From NCBI GenBank assembly GCA_050298055.1, contig JBNKTL010000002.1:64001-128000 (forward strand): a stretch of DNA of 64,000 bases, written 5' to 3'. Source of the DNA: Spirochaetota bacterium. GTDB lineage: Bacteria; Spirochaetota; UBA4802; UBA5550. The notes under the pieces were generated by a model. That model saw only the letters and a list, made by a program, of their open reading frames with translations, did not search any database and was not told where the DNA came from. The first letter of the stretch is position 1; every line of letters starts with the position of its first letter. Below, in pieces: positions 1-9,350 of this stretch. The position numbers and the translations under genes are program-made.

Positions 1-449
1 GCGACTTCCAGCTTTACAACATTGGTGCAGTGGGGAAGTCCCATCATTTGGGCCATCATGGCTCCGGTAACTCCTGCCTGGTCATCTTCGGCCTGGACAC
101 CGGTAAGCACCAGGTCTACGTCTCCCATATCCTCCACCGCCTTAACCAGTGCGGATGCCACAACAGAGTTATCTCCCGATTCAACAACGGGATCATTTAT
201 ATGAACACCCCGGTCGGCACCCATTGCAAAGGCCTGCCGTATGTCCTTCACCGCCCTGTCAGGCCCTGACGTAACAATGACGACCTCCCCTCCGAACCTC
301 TCCTTCAGCTGAAGGGCCGCTTCAACGGCATAGTTATCGAAGTCGTTTATTTTGAAAGCCATTTGCGATTCATCAACGCTCTTTTCGTCAATGATCTTGA
401 ATTTTGATTCCATGTCGGGAACCTGCTTCAAACAAACTGCGATTTTCAT
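1..449 (-). CDS. etfB: Electron transfer flavoprotein subunit beta (3' end runs off the window)
   Basis: Absent from the ORF track. Manual translation from ATG at 449 gives MKIAVCLKQVPDMESK...INDFDNYAVEAALQLKE...AFAMGADRG...DLVLTGVQAEDDQAG, typical of ETF-beta. GGAGG RBS upstream. Confidence 0.93.
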   Translation of the reverse strand, partial: MKIAVCLKQVPDMESKFKIIDEKSVDESQMAFKINDFDNYAVEAALQLKERFGGEVVIVTSGPDRAVKDIRQAFAMGADRGVHINDPVVESGDNSVVASALVKAVEDMGDVDLVLTGVQAEDDQAGVTGAMMAQMMGLPHCTNVVKLEV

Positions 450-482
450 ATCTATCCTCCTCTCTAAAAAAAGTGTCGTTTG

Positions 483-1682
483 CTATTTAATATTTTCAAT
501 AAGGACGGCTGCTCCCATGCCGCCGCCCACGCAGAGGGTCGCGATACCATACTTCGAACCTCTTCGCTTCATTTCATATATCATCGAGAGAATAATCCGC
601 GCGCCGGTACATCCCACGGGATGACCCAGTGCGATCCCCGAACCGTTTACATTGACCCTCTCCCTGTTCAGCCCGAGCCCTTTCTCGCAGGCAAGGTACT
701 GGGCGGCAAATGCTTCATTCAGCTCCATGATATCAATATCATCCATTTTCATGCCGGTCTTTTTCAAAAGTTTTTCAACAGCGGGGACCGGTCCATATCC
801 CATGAGATGGGGCTCTACTCCCGCAACAGCATTGGCCACTATCCTCGCCAGGGGTTTTATCCCCGCCTTTTCGGCCTTCTCCATTGATGATATGACCAGG
901 GCGGCAGCCCCGTCATTTAAGCCGGAAGAGTTTCCCGCCGTAACGGTACCATCCTTTTTAAATACGGGCTTAAGCTTCGCAAGTGATTCAGGAGTCGCGT
1001 CCCGCCGGGGATGCTCGTCGGTATCAAAGAGAGTGACCTTCCCTTTACGGCCAACGATCTCAAAGGGGACTATCTCATCTCTGAACTTTCCCGCGTCTAT
1101 GGCTTCTACGGCTTTCCTGTTGCTCTCAAATGCAACCCGGTCCTGCTCCTCCCGGGAAATAGTGTACTTTTCCGCAAGGTTTTCCGCGGTCTGTCCCATG
1201 ATGTACGCCTCGCCCAGAAGGCCGCTTCCGGAATGGAGCATGTCCCACATGGAATCGGTCATCTCCGAGTGCTGGAGACGGGCGCCCCACCTGGCTTTTT
1301 TAAACACATAGGGCGCGTTGCTCATGGATTCCGTACCCCCCACAAGAACCAGTGACGAGTCACCGGCCTTTATCTGCTGGGACCCGAATATCAGCGCCTG
1401 CATCCCCGAGGCACACTGTCTCTGGATCGTGACCGCAGGGACCTCAATGGGGATCCCCGCTTTAAGGGCGGCAGTCCTTGCTGTGTTTGCCTCATCGCAC
1501 ACCTGCATACAGTCACCCATGATCACATCATCAAGTTCACCCGCATCTATTCCCGCCCTCTTCACGGATTCAGCAATAACCGCCGCTGCCAGTTCATACG
1601 CCCGCACATCCCTGAGAGTGCCGCCGAATGTCCCTATTGCCGTCCTGCTTCCTGAAAGTATTACTACATCTCTATTGCTCAT
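483..1682 (-). CDS. Thiolase (acetyl-CoA C-acetyl/acyltransferase)
   Basis: RQCASG catalytic Cys, [13 protein letters not shown] and CVGGGMG thiolase motifs. Confidence 0.95.
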   Translation of the reverse strand: MSNRDVVILSGSRTAIGTFGGTLRDVRAYELAAAVIAESVKRAGIDAGELDDVIMGDCMQVCDEANTARTAALKAGIPIEVPAVTIQRQCASGMQALIFGSQQIKAGDSSLVLVGGTESMSNAPYVFKKARWGARLQHSEMTDSMWDMLHSGSGLLGEAYIMGQTAENLAEKYTISREEQDRVAFESNRKAVEAIDAGKFRDEIVPFEIVGRKGKVTLFDTDEHPRRDATPESLAKLKPVFKKDGTVTAGNSSGLNDGAAALVISSMEKAEKAGIKPLARIVANAVAGVEPHLMGYGPVPAVEKLLKKTGMKMDDIDIMELNEAFAAQYLACEKGLGLNRERVNVNGSGIALGHPVGCTGARIILSMIYEMKRRGSKYGIATLCVGGGMGAAVLIENIK

Positions 1683-1684
1683 AC

Positions 1685-3553
1685 CTACTCCTTAATTGCT
1701 CCTGTAAATACCGGCGCCGTCGCCTCTGTGACGGAACTGTCACCGGAAAGAATATACTCCGCCAGACTGAAAAAACTCCGGATCTCCGCTCCGAGAAAAA
1801 ACTGCCCGGAAAGGACCCTGCCCGTATAGAAGGCCGCCTCACTGTTCTCCTCGAGGAATGCCTCCAGGTCTTCGGGCTGTGAATCACCGAGCACTCTATC
1901 CCGCTCGGGAAGGGCCCTGGTCAGTCCCTTGAGGTGCATCCACCCGTACGTGAGTATGGCAAACGCCTTCTGAAGAGGGGTGGCATGGGCGAAGAGATGA
2001 CTGATATCCCCTTTGCCGAACCTCTCCCCTAAATGTTTAATGATCTCATCCATTTTTTCAAGCGCCCGGCTGATGACCGATATATATTTCTCGTCAACGA
2101 TTCCCTTTGCAGCCTCAATATCTTCCGTTATCTTCTTCTTATAAACTGAATAGTTATACTGGTTCTCATTCATAAGAAGCTTTCTCATTAAGAGATCAAT
2201 AGACTGTATTCCATTGGTACCCTCGTAGAGTGAGAGGATCTTCGCGTCCCGGGCATACTGCTCAACCGGGTACTCACTGATGTAACCGTATCCCCCGTAA
2301 ACCTGGATGGCATCGGCGGTAACCTCCCAGGCCTGGTCGGTATTTCCCGCCTTGCAGACAGGGATGAGAAAATCGAGAAGGCCTGCGGCTTCCTTCTTTT
2401 CATCATCATTACCCGCCCTCCGGAGATCCTGGAGAAATCCGCAGAAATAGGTAAGGGACCTCATTGCCTCGACCCTGGATTTCATGGAGAGGAGCATGCG
2501 CTTAATGTCAGGATGTTTCACAATGGCAACCGGGGAGGGATCCTGACCTCCCGCCATGTTTCTGCTCTGTACGCGGCTGCCGGCATAAGTGACCGCGTGC
2601 ATGTATGCGGCACTTGAGACAGCCATCCCCTGGAGGCCCACAAAGAGCCTGGCCTCGTTCATCATCTCAAACATGATTTTCATCCCCTGCCGCTCTTTGC
2701 CCATGAGGACTCCCCGGCACTTTTTATCATCCCCGAACATCAGGGTGCAGGTGGCGCTGCCGTGAATCCCCATCTTCTCCTCGATACCGGCACAGACAAC
2801 GTCATTGGTACTACCGGGAGAACCGCCCTCATCAATACTGAATTTCGGAACAACAAAGATGGATATTCCCTTTGTTCCGGGAGGGTCTCCCTCTATTCGC
2901 GCCAGCACCGGGTGGATGATATTCTTATAGTAGTTGTTATCTCCGTTGGAGATAAAGATCTTCTGACCGGTTATGGAATAATCTCCCTCTTCATTTATTA
3001 CCGCCTTTGTTTTCAGGGCCCCCACGTCCGAACCGGCCTCCGGCTCCGTGAGGCACATGGTACCTCCCCATTCCCCTGAAAGCATCTTTTCGATTATGGT
3101 GTCCCTGAGATTTCCCTCTTCAAGAAAGTGGACATACATATTAAGAGCACCTTTTGAGAGCATGGGGTACATCCCGAACGCGCAGCTTGCCGATGAAAAG
3201 TAATCGGTAACCACATTATCCAGCACAAAGGGCATTCCCATGCCACCCGCCTCCTGTTTGAAGTGAAGCCCCATGAAACCCGCCTCATGGTACGCGTCAA
3301 GCCCCTCCCTGTACGCTTCGGGGATCCTGACCTCTTTTGTTCCGGGATCGAATATGCAGTGCTCCCGGTCACCCTCCGCATTGGCAGGATAAACCTTATC
3401 CACGGCAATGGTCTCGGCAAGGTCTACAACATCTTCAAATGTTTCCCTGTCAAACTCGCTGTACATCGGGTATTCTGTAAGTTTTTGGACCCCCAGGACC
3501 TCAAAGAGTATAAACCTCACATCCCGTGAATCGACTATTGGGTTAAGTTTCAT
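1685..3553 (-). CDS. Acyl-CoA dehydrogenase (long, about 600-aa type)
   Basis: [41 protein letters not shown] and LYEGTNGIQ motifs. Confidence 0.95.
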   Translation of the reverse strand: MKLNPIVDSRDVRFILFEVLGVQKLTEYPMYSEFDRETFEDVVDLAETIAVDKVYPANAEGDREHCIFDPGTKEVRIPEAYREGLDAYHEAGFMGLHFKQEAGGMGMPFVLDNVVTDYFSSASCAFGMYPMLSKGALNMYVHFLEEGNLRDTIIEKMLSGEWGGTMCLTEPEAGSDVGALKTKAVINEEGDYSITGQKIFISNGDNNYYKNIIHPVLARIEGDPPGTKGISIFVVPKFSIDEGGSPGSTNDVVCAGIEEKMGIHGSATCTLMFGDDKKCRGVLMGKERQGMKIMFEMMNEARLFVGLQGMAVSSAAYMHAVTYAGSRVQSRNMAGGQDPSPVAIVKHPDIKRMLLSMKSRVEAMRSLTYFCGFLQDLRRAGNDDEKKEAAGLLDFLIPVCKAGNTDQAWEVTADAIQVYGGYGYISEYPVEQYARDAKILSLYEGTNGIQSIDLLMRKLLMNENQYNYSVYKKKITEDIEAAKGIVDEKYISVISRALEKMDEIIKHLGERFGKGDISHLFAHATPLQKAFAILTYGWMHLKGLTRALPERDRVLGDSQPEDLEAFLEENSEAAFYTGRVLSGQFFLGAEIRSFFSLAEYILSGDSSVTEATAPVFTGAIKE

Positions 3554-3597
3554 TTACCAACTCCTGCACTTAATATATTTATCATTACAACTCTGCT

Positions 3598-4284
3598 CTA
3601 TGGTAAAATATCTGCCGGGCTGTCATTATCAGCCGCCACCTTGAGCCTGATGCGCGCGGACCTGTTAGATTTTCCGGCACCGAACATGGCCATATCATAA
3701 ATCCGGTCCGCGTATTCCAGGAGATCATCCTCCCTGTCTATTAAAAGCCACCTGATAACAATATGCTCAATTGTCCCGAGAATACCCGACCTGAGAAGCG
3801 CGGGATCAATATCCTTTTTGATTTCACCTGTTTCAATACCCTCCTTAATAATATCAACAAGCAGATTAAAGATGCATCGGATTATATCATGGGCTTCGGT
3901 CTCACTGAACTTCCTGTTATGTTTAAGGTTCAGGAGATACATTGAAGCATAGTGAGGATGGCTCATATAAAAGGATATGGTGAAGTAGATAAATGCCCTG
4001 ATCCTGCTTCCCGCGTCCCTTACAGACTTGAGATTAAACTCTATGAGCTCTTTAAATTTTCGTGTAGTTGCTACAGGTATGGAGAAGAGGAGTTCCTCTT
4101 TGGTGGAAAAATACTCGTAGATTGTGGTATCGGAGAGTCCGGCCTCCCGTGCAACATCTGAAATTGTTGCCTCCTGGTACCCTTTCTGGGCAAAAACCTT
4201 CTCAGCAGAATTCATAATATGCTCTTTCCGTAATTCCGCCTTGTTTGGAACAGCCCCCTCTTCTTTTCTTGAGTTATTATTCAT
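3598..4284 (-). CDS. TetR/AcrR-family regulator (FadR/YsiA-like) heading the beta-oxidation operon
   Basis: TetR HTH (AEKVFAQKGYQEATISDVAREAGLSDTTIYEYF); co-oriented directly upstream of ACAD-thiolase-etfB. Confidence 0.9.
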   Translation of the reverse strand: MNNNSRKEEGAVPNKAELRKEHIMNSAEKVFAQKGYQEATISDVAREAGLSDTTIYEYFSTKEELLFSIPVATTRKFKELIEFNLKSVRDAGSRIRAFIYFTISFYMSHPHYASMYLLNLKHNRKFSETEAHDIIRCIFNLLVDIIKEGIETGEIKKDIDPALLRSGILGTIEHIVIRWLLIDREDDLLEYADRIYDMAMFGAGKSNRSARIRLKVAADNDSPADILP

Positions 4285-4409
4285 TTTATCGCCTTTATTT
4301 TTGCTTTAACTACGAATTTATTTATATTTCCTTACTATATATGTAATTTAATACAATATATCAATGTACGTCAATTTATATTTTTGATTTTCCTTACTTT
4401 TTGCTGTTT

Positions 4410-4441
4410 TTTTTAAGACCATCAGTTTTTAAGACCATCAG
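4410..4441. repeat. Perfect 16-bp tandem direct repeat (TTTTTAAGACCATCAG x2)
   Basis: Read directly in the divergent TetR/hemE intergenic region. Confidence 0.85.
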
Positions 4442-4694
4442 GAAGAGTAAAAGAGTGTAAGAAAAGGAGATATGGGGATGGGGGGTTCTGTTTATCATTA
4501 AAAATAACTCATGATTTTTATTCACCGGATATTTTCTTTGTAGACAGTGATTTCAGGTAAATTTATTCTGACATAAAGGATGTTTCTGTTAATATTTTAA
4601 AGAATATCCGATGATCTGCAAAACCACGTCCTTGGCGGCATTTCCATGCATAAGACCGGGCAATAGGATAACATAATAAAACGGGGGTAACCGG

Positions 4695-5735
4695 ATGGGG
4701 AACAAACCAGGGGACTACAGGTTCCTGAAAGCATGCAGAAAGGAAGAGGTAGACTGCACTCCGGTCTGGATGATGAGACAGGCAGGCAGGTACCTGGAAA
4801 AATACAGAAAGGTGAGAGAGAAACACTCATTCCTGGAGATGTGCAAGACACCGGAACTGGCAGTTGAAGTCACACTGCAGCCCTTTGAGCTCATTGATCT
4901 TGATGCCGCCATCCTCTATTCCGATATTCTTATACCGGTTGAAGCCATGGGTATCGACCTGGAGTTCATTGAATCCAGAGGACCTGTTATCCACAACCCG
5001 GTGCGGACAGAGAAGGATGTCAAGGCACTGAAGGTCATCGATCCCGGGGAGAGTGTTCCCTTCGTCATGGAAGCCATAAAGCTTCTCAGGAAGGAGCTTG
5101 AAGGAAGGGCGCCCCTTATCGGTTTCAGCGGCGTTCCCTTTACCCTGGCAAGCTACATGATTGAAGGCGGAGGATCAAAGAACTACCTGGAAGCCAAAGG
5201 AATGATGTACAACGCACCTGAACTCTTCCATGAGCTGATGCAGAAGATAACAGACACTGTCATCGCATACCTGAACGCGCAGGTTGACGCAGGCGCCCAG
5301 GCCATCCAGGTTTTTGACAGCTGGGTGGGCGCCCTCTCACCGCTTGATTATAAAAATTTTGTTCTCCCCTACTCCAGGCAGGTACTTGAGGGCATCAGGG
5401 GAGATGTCCCAAAAATCCACTTCGGAACGGGAACAGCGGGCTTCCTTGATCTTCTGAAAGAAGCCGGCGGTGATATCATCGGTGTTGACTGGAGGATCGA
5501 CCTGGACAGGGCCTGGGATATCCTGGGTGATGATGTGGGAGTACAGGGAAATTTCGATTCATCAAAGCTCTTCGGCACAAAGGCGGTAATCGAGGAAGCG
5601 GTGAAGGACATTCTGGAAAGGGCGGGAAACAGGCCGGGACACATATTCAACCTTGGGCACGGGATACAGCCGAAGACCCCTCCTGAAAATGCCGCTTTCA
5701 TGGTGGATAAAGTTCACGAACTGAGCAGGAGATAA
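4695..5735 (+). CDS. hemE: Uroporphyrinogen decarboxylase
   Basis: PVWMMRQAGRYL, AAILYSDIL and HIFNLGHGI signatures. Confidence 0.96.
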   Translation: MGNKPGDYRFLKACRKEEVDCTPVWMMRQAGRYLEKYRKVREKHSFLEMCKTPELAVEVTLQPFELIDLDAAILYSDILIPVEAMGIDLEFIESRGPVIHNPVRTEKDVKALKVIDPGESVPFVMEAIKLLRKELEGRAPLIGFSGVPFTLASYMIEGGGSKNYLEAKGMMYNAPELFHELMQKITDTVIAYLNAQVDAGAQAIQVFDSWVGALSPLDYKNFVLPYSRQVLEGIRGDVPKIHFGTGTAGFLDLLKEAGGDIIGVDWRIDLDRAWDILGDDVGVQGNFDSSKLFGTKAVIEEAVKDILERAGNRPGHIFNLGHGIQPKTPPENAAFMVDKVHELSRR

Positions 5736-5741
5736 GTTTCC

Positions 5742-6656
5742 ATGATAGGCGTACTCTTAACCGGATACGGAGGGCCCGGGTCCCTTGATGACGTGGAACC
5801 TTTTCTCTCCAGCATTGCCGGAGGCAGACAGTTCTCCCCGGAACAGGTTGAAGGGACAAAAAGACGATACCGGCTCATCGGAGGAAGGTCCCCTCTCAAT
5901 GAGATAACCGGGAAACAGGCCCATGCCCTGAATACCCTTCTGAACAGGGATGAGAAAAGGTTCCAGGTTGAGATAGGAATGCTCCACCTCCCGCCTTTTA
6001 TTCCCCATGTGATTGAGAAGATGGCGGATACGGGGATCAGGAGACTGGCACTCCTTTCCCTGGCACCCTTCGATTCCCGGGTAAGCACCACGGCATATTT
6101 CAACAGGGCAAAGGAAGCTCTGGAAAAATACCGGGAGATTAAAACCGTTTTTATCTCCGGCTGGAATATCCATCCCGGCTACATCCGGGCGGTAGCCGAT
6201 AGTATCAACACAACCCTGTCCCGCTACTCCGGGGAGGGTCAGAGCTCCGCTGAGGTGATCTTCAGCATTCACAGCCTCCCGGTCAGTTATATTGAGGAGG
6301 GGGACAGATACCTTGATGAGATAAATGTAACCGTGAAGAAGGTACTGCCCCATATTAAAAGCGGGAACTGGCACCTTGCCTTCCAGAGCAGGGGACGGGG
6401 AAAAAACTGGCTGGAACCGGACACGGAGACGGTTATGCGAAAACTCAAAGGAGAAGGGAAAACCGATATTGTCATTGCGCCAATCGGCTTTATATCCGAT
6501 CATGTGGAAACGCTCTATGATATAGATATCACGTACAGAAAATTGGCGGAGGAGATGGGTATCCGTCTTGAAAGGGTCCCTTCCCTCAATGACTCGCCAT
6601 TTTTTATAGAAGCACTGGCAGATTCGGTGCGGCAGAAGACTTCTCACTGGACATAG
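5742..6656 (+). CDS. hemH: Ferrochelatase, probably coproporphyrin-type (CpfC-like)
   Basis: YGGP N-terminal motif, GGRSPL, FSIHSLP, WLEP and GFISDHVETLYDID. Confidence 0.92.
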   Translation: MIGVLLTGYGGPGSLDDVEPFLSSIAGGRQFSPEQVEGTKRRYRLIGGRSPLNEITGKQAHALNTLLNRDEKRFQVEIGMLHLPPFIPHVIEKMADTGIRRLALLSLAPFDSRVSTTAYFNRAKEALEKYREIKTVFISGWNIHPGYIRAVADSINTTLSRYSGEGQSSAEVIFSIHSLPVSYIEEGDRYLDEINVTVKKVLPHIKSGNWHLAFQSRGRGKNWLEPDTETVMRKLKGEGKTDIVIAPIGFISDHVETLYDIDITYRKLAEEMGIRLERVPSLNDSPFFIEALADSVRQKTSHWT

Positions 6657-6687
6657 GTCTTCTCAATCTTTTCACCGGGGGATTTAC

Positions 6688-8115
6688 TTGAAAAAAATTG
6701 TCATTATAGGCGGCGGAATATCGGGACTCACTACAATCTATTATCTCAGGAAGTATCTCAAAGAGAAGAACCTTTCCGCGGAAATACAGCTCATTGAAAA
6801 GAGTGACAGGTTTGGCGGACAGATTAAGACCGAACATGACGGGGAATTTATCTTCGAAGGCGGTACCGACTGCTTCATACGGGAGAAGCCGTGGGCCCTG
6901 CAGCTCTGCAAAGAACTGGGAATTGAAGAAAACCTGGTAAACACAAAGGATGAAAACAGCGGGACCTTCATCTACCGCAAAGGAAAACTTCATAAACTTC
7001 CCGAGGGGCTTATGCTCCTCGTTCCCACAAAGTTTCTCCCCTTCGCAACAACGGGATTGTTTTCACTCTGCGGCAAGCTCCGGATGGCCCTCGAGGTTTT
7101 CATCCCAAAGAAAAAAAATGATTCCGATGAGACCCTTGAGCGCTTCGTCATCCGAAGGTTCGGAAGGGAGCTCCTGGAGATGATTGCGGAACCGCTCATT
7201 GCGGGGATACACTCGGGAGACCCGGAGAAGATGAGCATACAGAGTTCCTTTCCCCGGTTCCACCAGATGGAGAAGGATTACGGGAGCCTCACACGGGCAA
7301 CCCTTGCGGCCCGGAAAAAAATGAACGAGATGCTGAAAAAGAGGGACCCCGGCGCACCCCAGAGGTCGTTCTTTATCTCCTTCAAAAACGGGATGTCCGA
7401 GTTCGTGGAGAAGATCCTTGAGCGGATAAAGGAGATAAGGATAGATACCGGCTGCGAGGTATCATCGGTAACAAAGAACGATTACGGAAGATTTACCATC
7501 CACCTGGCCGACGGAAACAGCGTCACCGCCGACTCGGTTGTGGTTACCACACCCGCTTACGTCTCATCAAAACTTCTGGAAGGGATCAACGGCCCCATGA
7601 GTGAAAGTATGAACAACATACCCTACATAAAGACGGGAATAATATCCATGGTCTATAAAAAGTCTGATATTGAGAAGGTCCTCCCCCGGGCATTCGGTTT
7701 CCTGGTCCCGCGGGTGGAAAAGAGAAAGATCATGGCGGCGACTTTCACTTCATTGAAGTGGCCAAACAGGTGTCCCGATGATTATATCATGCTCCGCTGC
7801 TTTGTGGGGGGAAAGGAGAACCAGCACCTTATAGAGCAGGATGATGAGACCCTGCTGAATACTGCAAGGAATGAACTTAAATCAATTATCGGCATAGATG
7901 CCGAGCCCGTAACCTGCAGGATATTCAGGTGGATAGACAACATGCCCCAGTACAACATCGGCCACCGGGAACTTATCGAGACCATAGACAGGGGGATAAT
8001 GGAGAACAGGGGGCTCTACGTAACCGGTTCGGCTTACAAAGGGATAGGTATCCCCGATTGCATTAACAATGCCGAGATTACCGCCCGGAGAATTGTGGAC
8101 GAAATCCTGAGCTGA
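6688..8115 (+). CDS. hemY: HemY-type protoporphyrinogen/coproporphyrinogen oxidase
   Basis: IIGGGISGL FAD motif, AFGFLVP, MPQY and GIGIPDCI; TTG start; follows hemE-hemH. Confidence 0.93.
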   Translation: MKKIVIIGGGISGLTTIYYLRKYLKEKNLSAEIQLIEKSDRFGGQIKTEHDGEFIFEGGTDCFIREKPWALQLCKELGIEENLVNTKDENSGTFIYRKGKLHKLPEGLMLLVPTKFLPFATTGLFSLCGKLRMALEVFIPKKKNDSDETLERFVIRRFGRELLEMIAEPLIAGIHSGDPEKMSIQSSFPRFHQMEKDYGSLTRATLAARKKMNEMLKKRDPGAPQRSFFISFKNGMSEFVEKILERIKEIRIDTGCEVSSVTKNDYGRFTIHLADGNSVTADSVVVTTPAYVSSKLLEGINGPMSESMNNIPYIKTGIISMVYKKSDIEKVLPRAFGFLVPRVEKRKIMAATFTSLKWPNRCPDDYIMLRCFVGGKENQHLIEQDDETLLNTARNELKSIIGIDAEPVTCRIFRWIDNMPQYNIGHRELIETIDRGIMENRGLYVTGSAYKGIGIPDCINNAEITARRIVDEILS

Positions 8116-8132
8116 GCAGGCTGTTCTCCCTC

Positions 8133-8807
8133 TTAACCCATAACTCCCGGCATAAACCTGCTGACCTTCCCCGTAAGGGAATACTCTTTAATTCCCTGAA
8201 GCAAAACTTCAATATAGACTTTCATTGACGGGGCAAAAAGAAGGGGATGAAAATCCTCCCTTCCCACTTCCCGTTTAACGGTTTTTTCTCCGTCATATCC
8301 CTCGATCAAAAACCTGATATCACGGGTAAAGATCTCTTCCAGTTTATCCAGCGGTACCGCATAGAGACCCGTTACCTCCCCGTCCATAAACCTGTACCGG
8401 TCAAGCTCACGGTTTTCCTCAAGTAAATAGATCCTCTGGAACTCCCTGTGAAAGTGGAAATTATTCCTTTCCTCATACCTGAAGTAACCGAGATCTATAA
8501 GTTCGCTTTCGTCCGGAGATATCCCTATCTCTTCATAGGCCTCTTTCTGTATTTTATTCTCATTCTCACCAAAAGGGACATGGCCCCCGACGGTAATATC
8601 AAGGCAGTCCGGGTAAAGGTCCTTGTCCGGCGCCCTCTGTTGAAACAGGACCTCTGTTACGGGCCCGCCGGTCCGTATCACCCAGAGATGGACTCCCTCA
8701 TGGGGTATCCCCTCCCTGTGTGATCTTTTTCTCTCAACTCTTTCCCCTGTGGGTTCACCGGTTTCCCAGTCCCAGTTCTCCAGATATTCTTCATTTTCTT
8801 TTTTCAT
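8133..8807 (-). CDS. NUDIX hydrolase (IDI-like subfamily)
   Basis: HEGVHLW, LFQQR, YPDCLDITVGGHVPFGE and KEAYEEIGI Nudix box. Start moved to the ATG at 8807, which has a GGGAG RBS. Confidence 0.85.
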   Translation of the reverse strand: MKKENEEYLENWDWETGEPTGERVERKRSHREGIPHEGVHLWVIRTGGPVTEVLFQQRAPDKDLYPDCLDITVGGHVPFGENENKIQKEAYEEIGISPDESELIDLGYFRYEERNNFHFHREFQRIYLLEENRELDRYRFMDGEVTGLYAVPLDKLEEIFTRDIRFLIEGYDGEKTVKREVGREDFHPLLFAPSMKVYIEVLLQGIKEYSLTGKVSRFMPGVMG

Positions 8808-8837
8808 AGTCTCCCGGCACATTTAGCTTAATAACTT

Positions 8838-8972
8838 GTAACAACACAGCTCTGTATTAAGAATAATATTCAATAAAAAAGATAACTGATATCCCCGCCG
8901 CCTTCGGCGGGGGGATATTTTGCTGATATTTTGGTAAATAAGTTTATTTTGGCCATATAGCAGAGAAGTTAC
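8838..8972 (+). mobile_element. MITE-like element, copy 1
   Basis: Ends GTAACAACACAGC...GCAGAGAAGTTAC; central hairpin ATATCCCCGCCGCC-TTC-GGCGGGGGGATAT; flanks AATAACTT/AATGATTT (6/8 match). Confidence 0.8.
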
Positions 8973-8981
8973 AATGATTTT

Positions 8982-9350
8982 TTATTTAACAAATTCAGAT
9001 ATCAGGTCAACAAAACTTTCTGGATTAATAGGTTTTTCGATATATCCTTCACAGCCTGAATGCAGAATCTCCTCCCTGTCCCCGGCCATTGCATAGGATG
9101 TGACGGCAACAAGGGGTATTTCCGCCGTTATTTCGTCGTCTTTTAACCTGCGGGCAACATCATAACCATCCATTTCCGGCAGTTGAATATCCAAAAGAAT
9201 AAGGTCCGGCACAACCTCAACAGCCTTGGCAATCCCCTCTTTCCCGTCACGGGCCTGGACAACGGTAAATCCATGCTTCTCCAGCAGGTAAGTGACCATG
9301 TAGATATTCTGCTCATTGTCTTCTATGACAAGGATTTTATTCTTTTTCAT
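8982..9350 (-). CDS. Single-domain response regulator (DivK-like)
   Basis: VIEDN, LILLDIQLPEMDG and YIEKPI; overlaps the stop of the upstream kinase. Confidence 0.93.
   Translation of the reverse strand: MKKNKILVIEDNEQNIYMVTYLLEKHGFTVVQARDGKEGIAKAVEVVPDLILLDIQLPEMDGYDVARRLKDDEITAEIPLVAVTSYAMAGDREEILHSGCEGYIEKPINPESFVDLISEFVK

Noticed and set aside
4563..4851. Short minus-strand ORFs and a possible riboswitch upstream of hemE
   Set aside because: The ORFs overlap hemE in antisense, and no recognisable aptamer motif is present.
5757..6647. 296-aa antisense ORF over hemH, and similar shadow ORFs (652-1311, 52893-53714, 40324-40938, 15656-16258)
   Set aside because: They lie opposite well-supported genes and show no recognisable motifs; consistent with codon-bias shadows.
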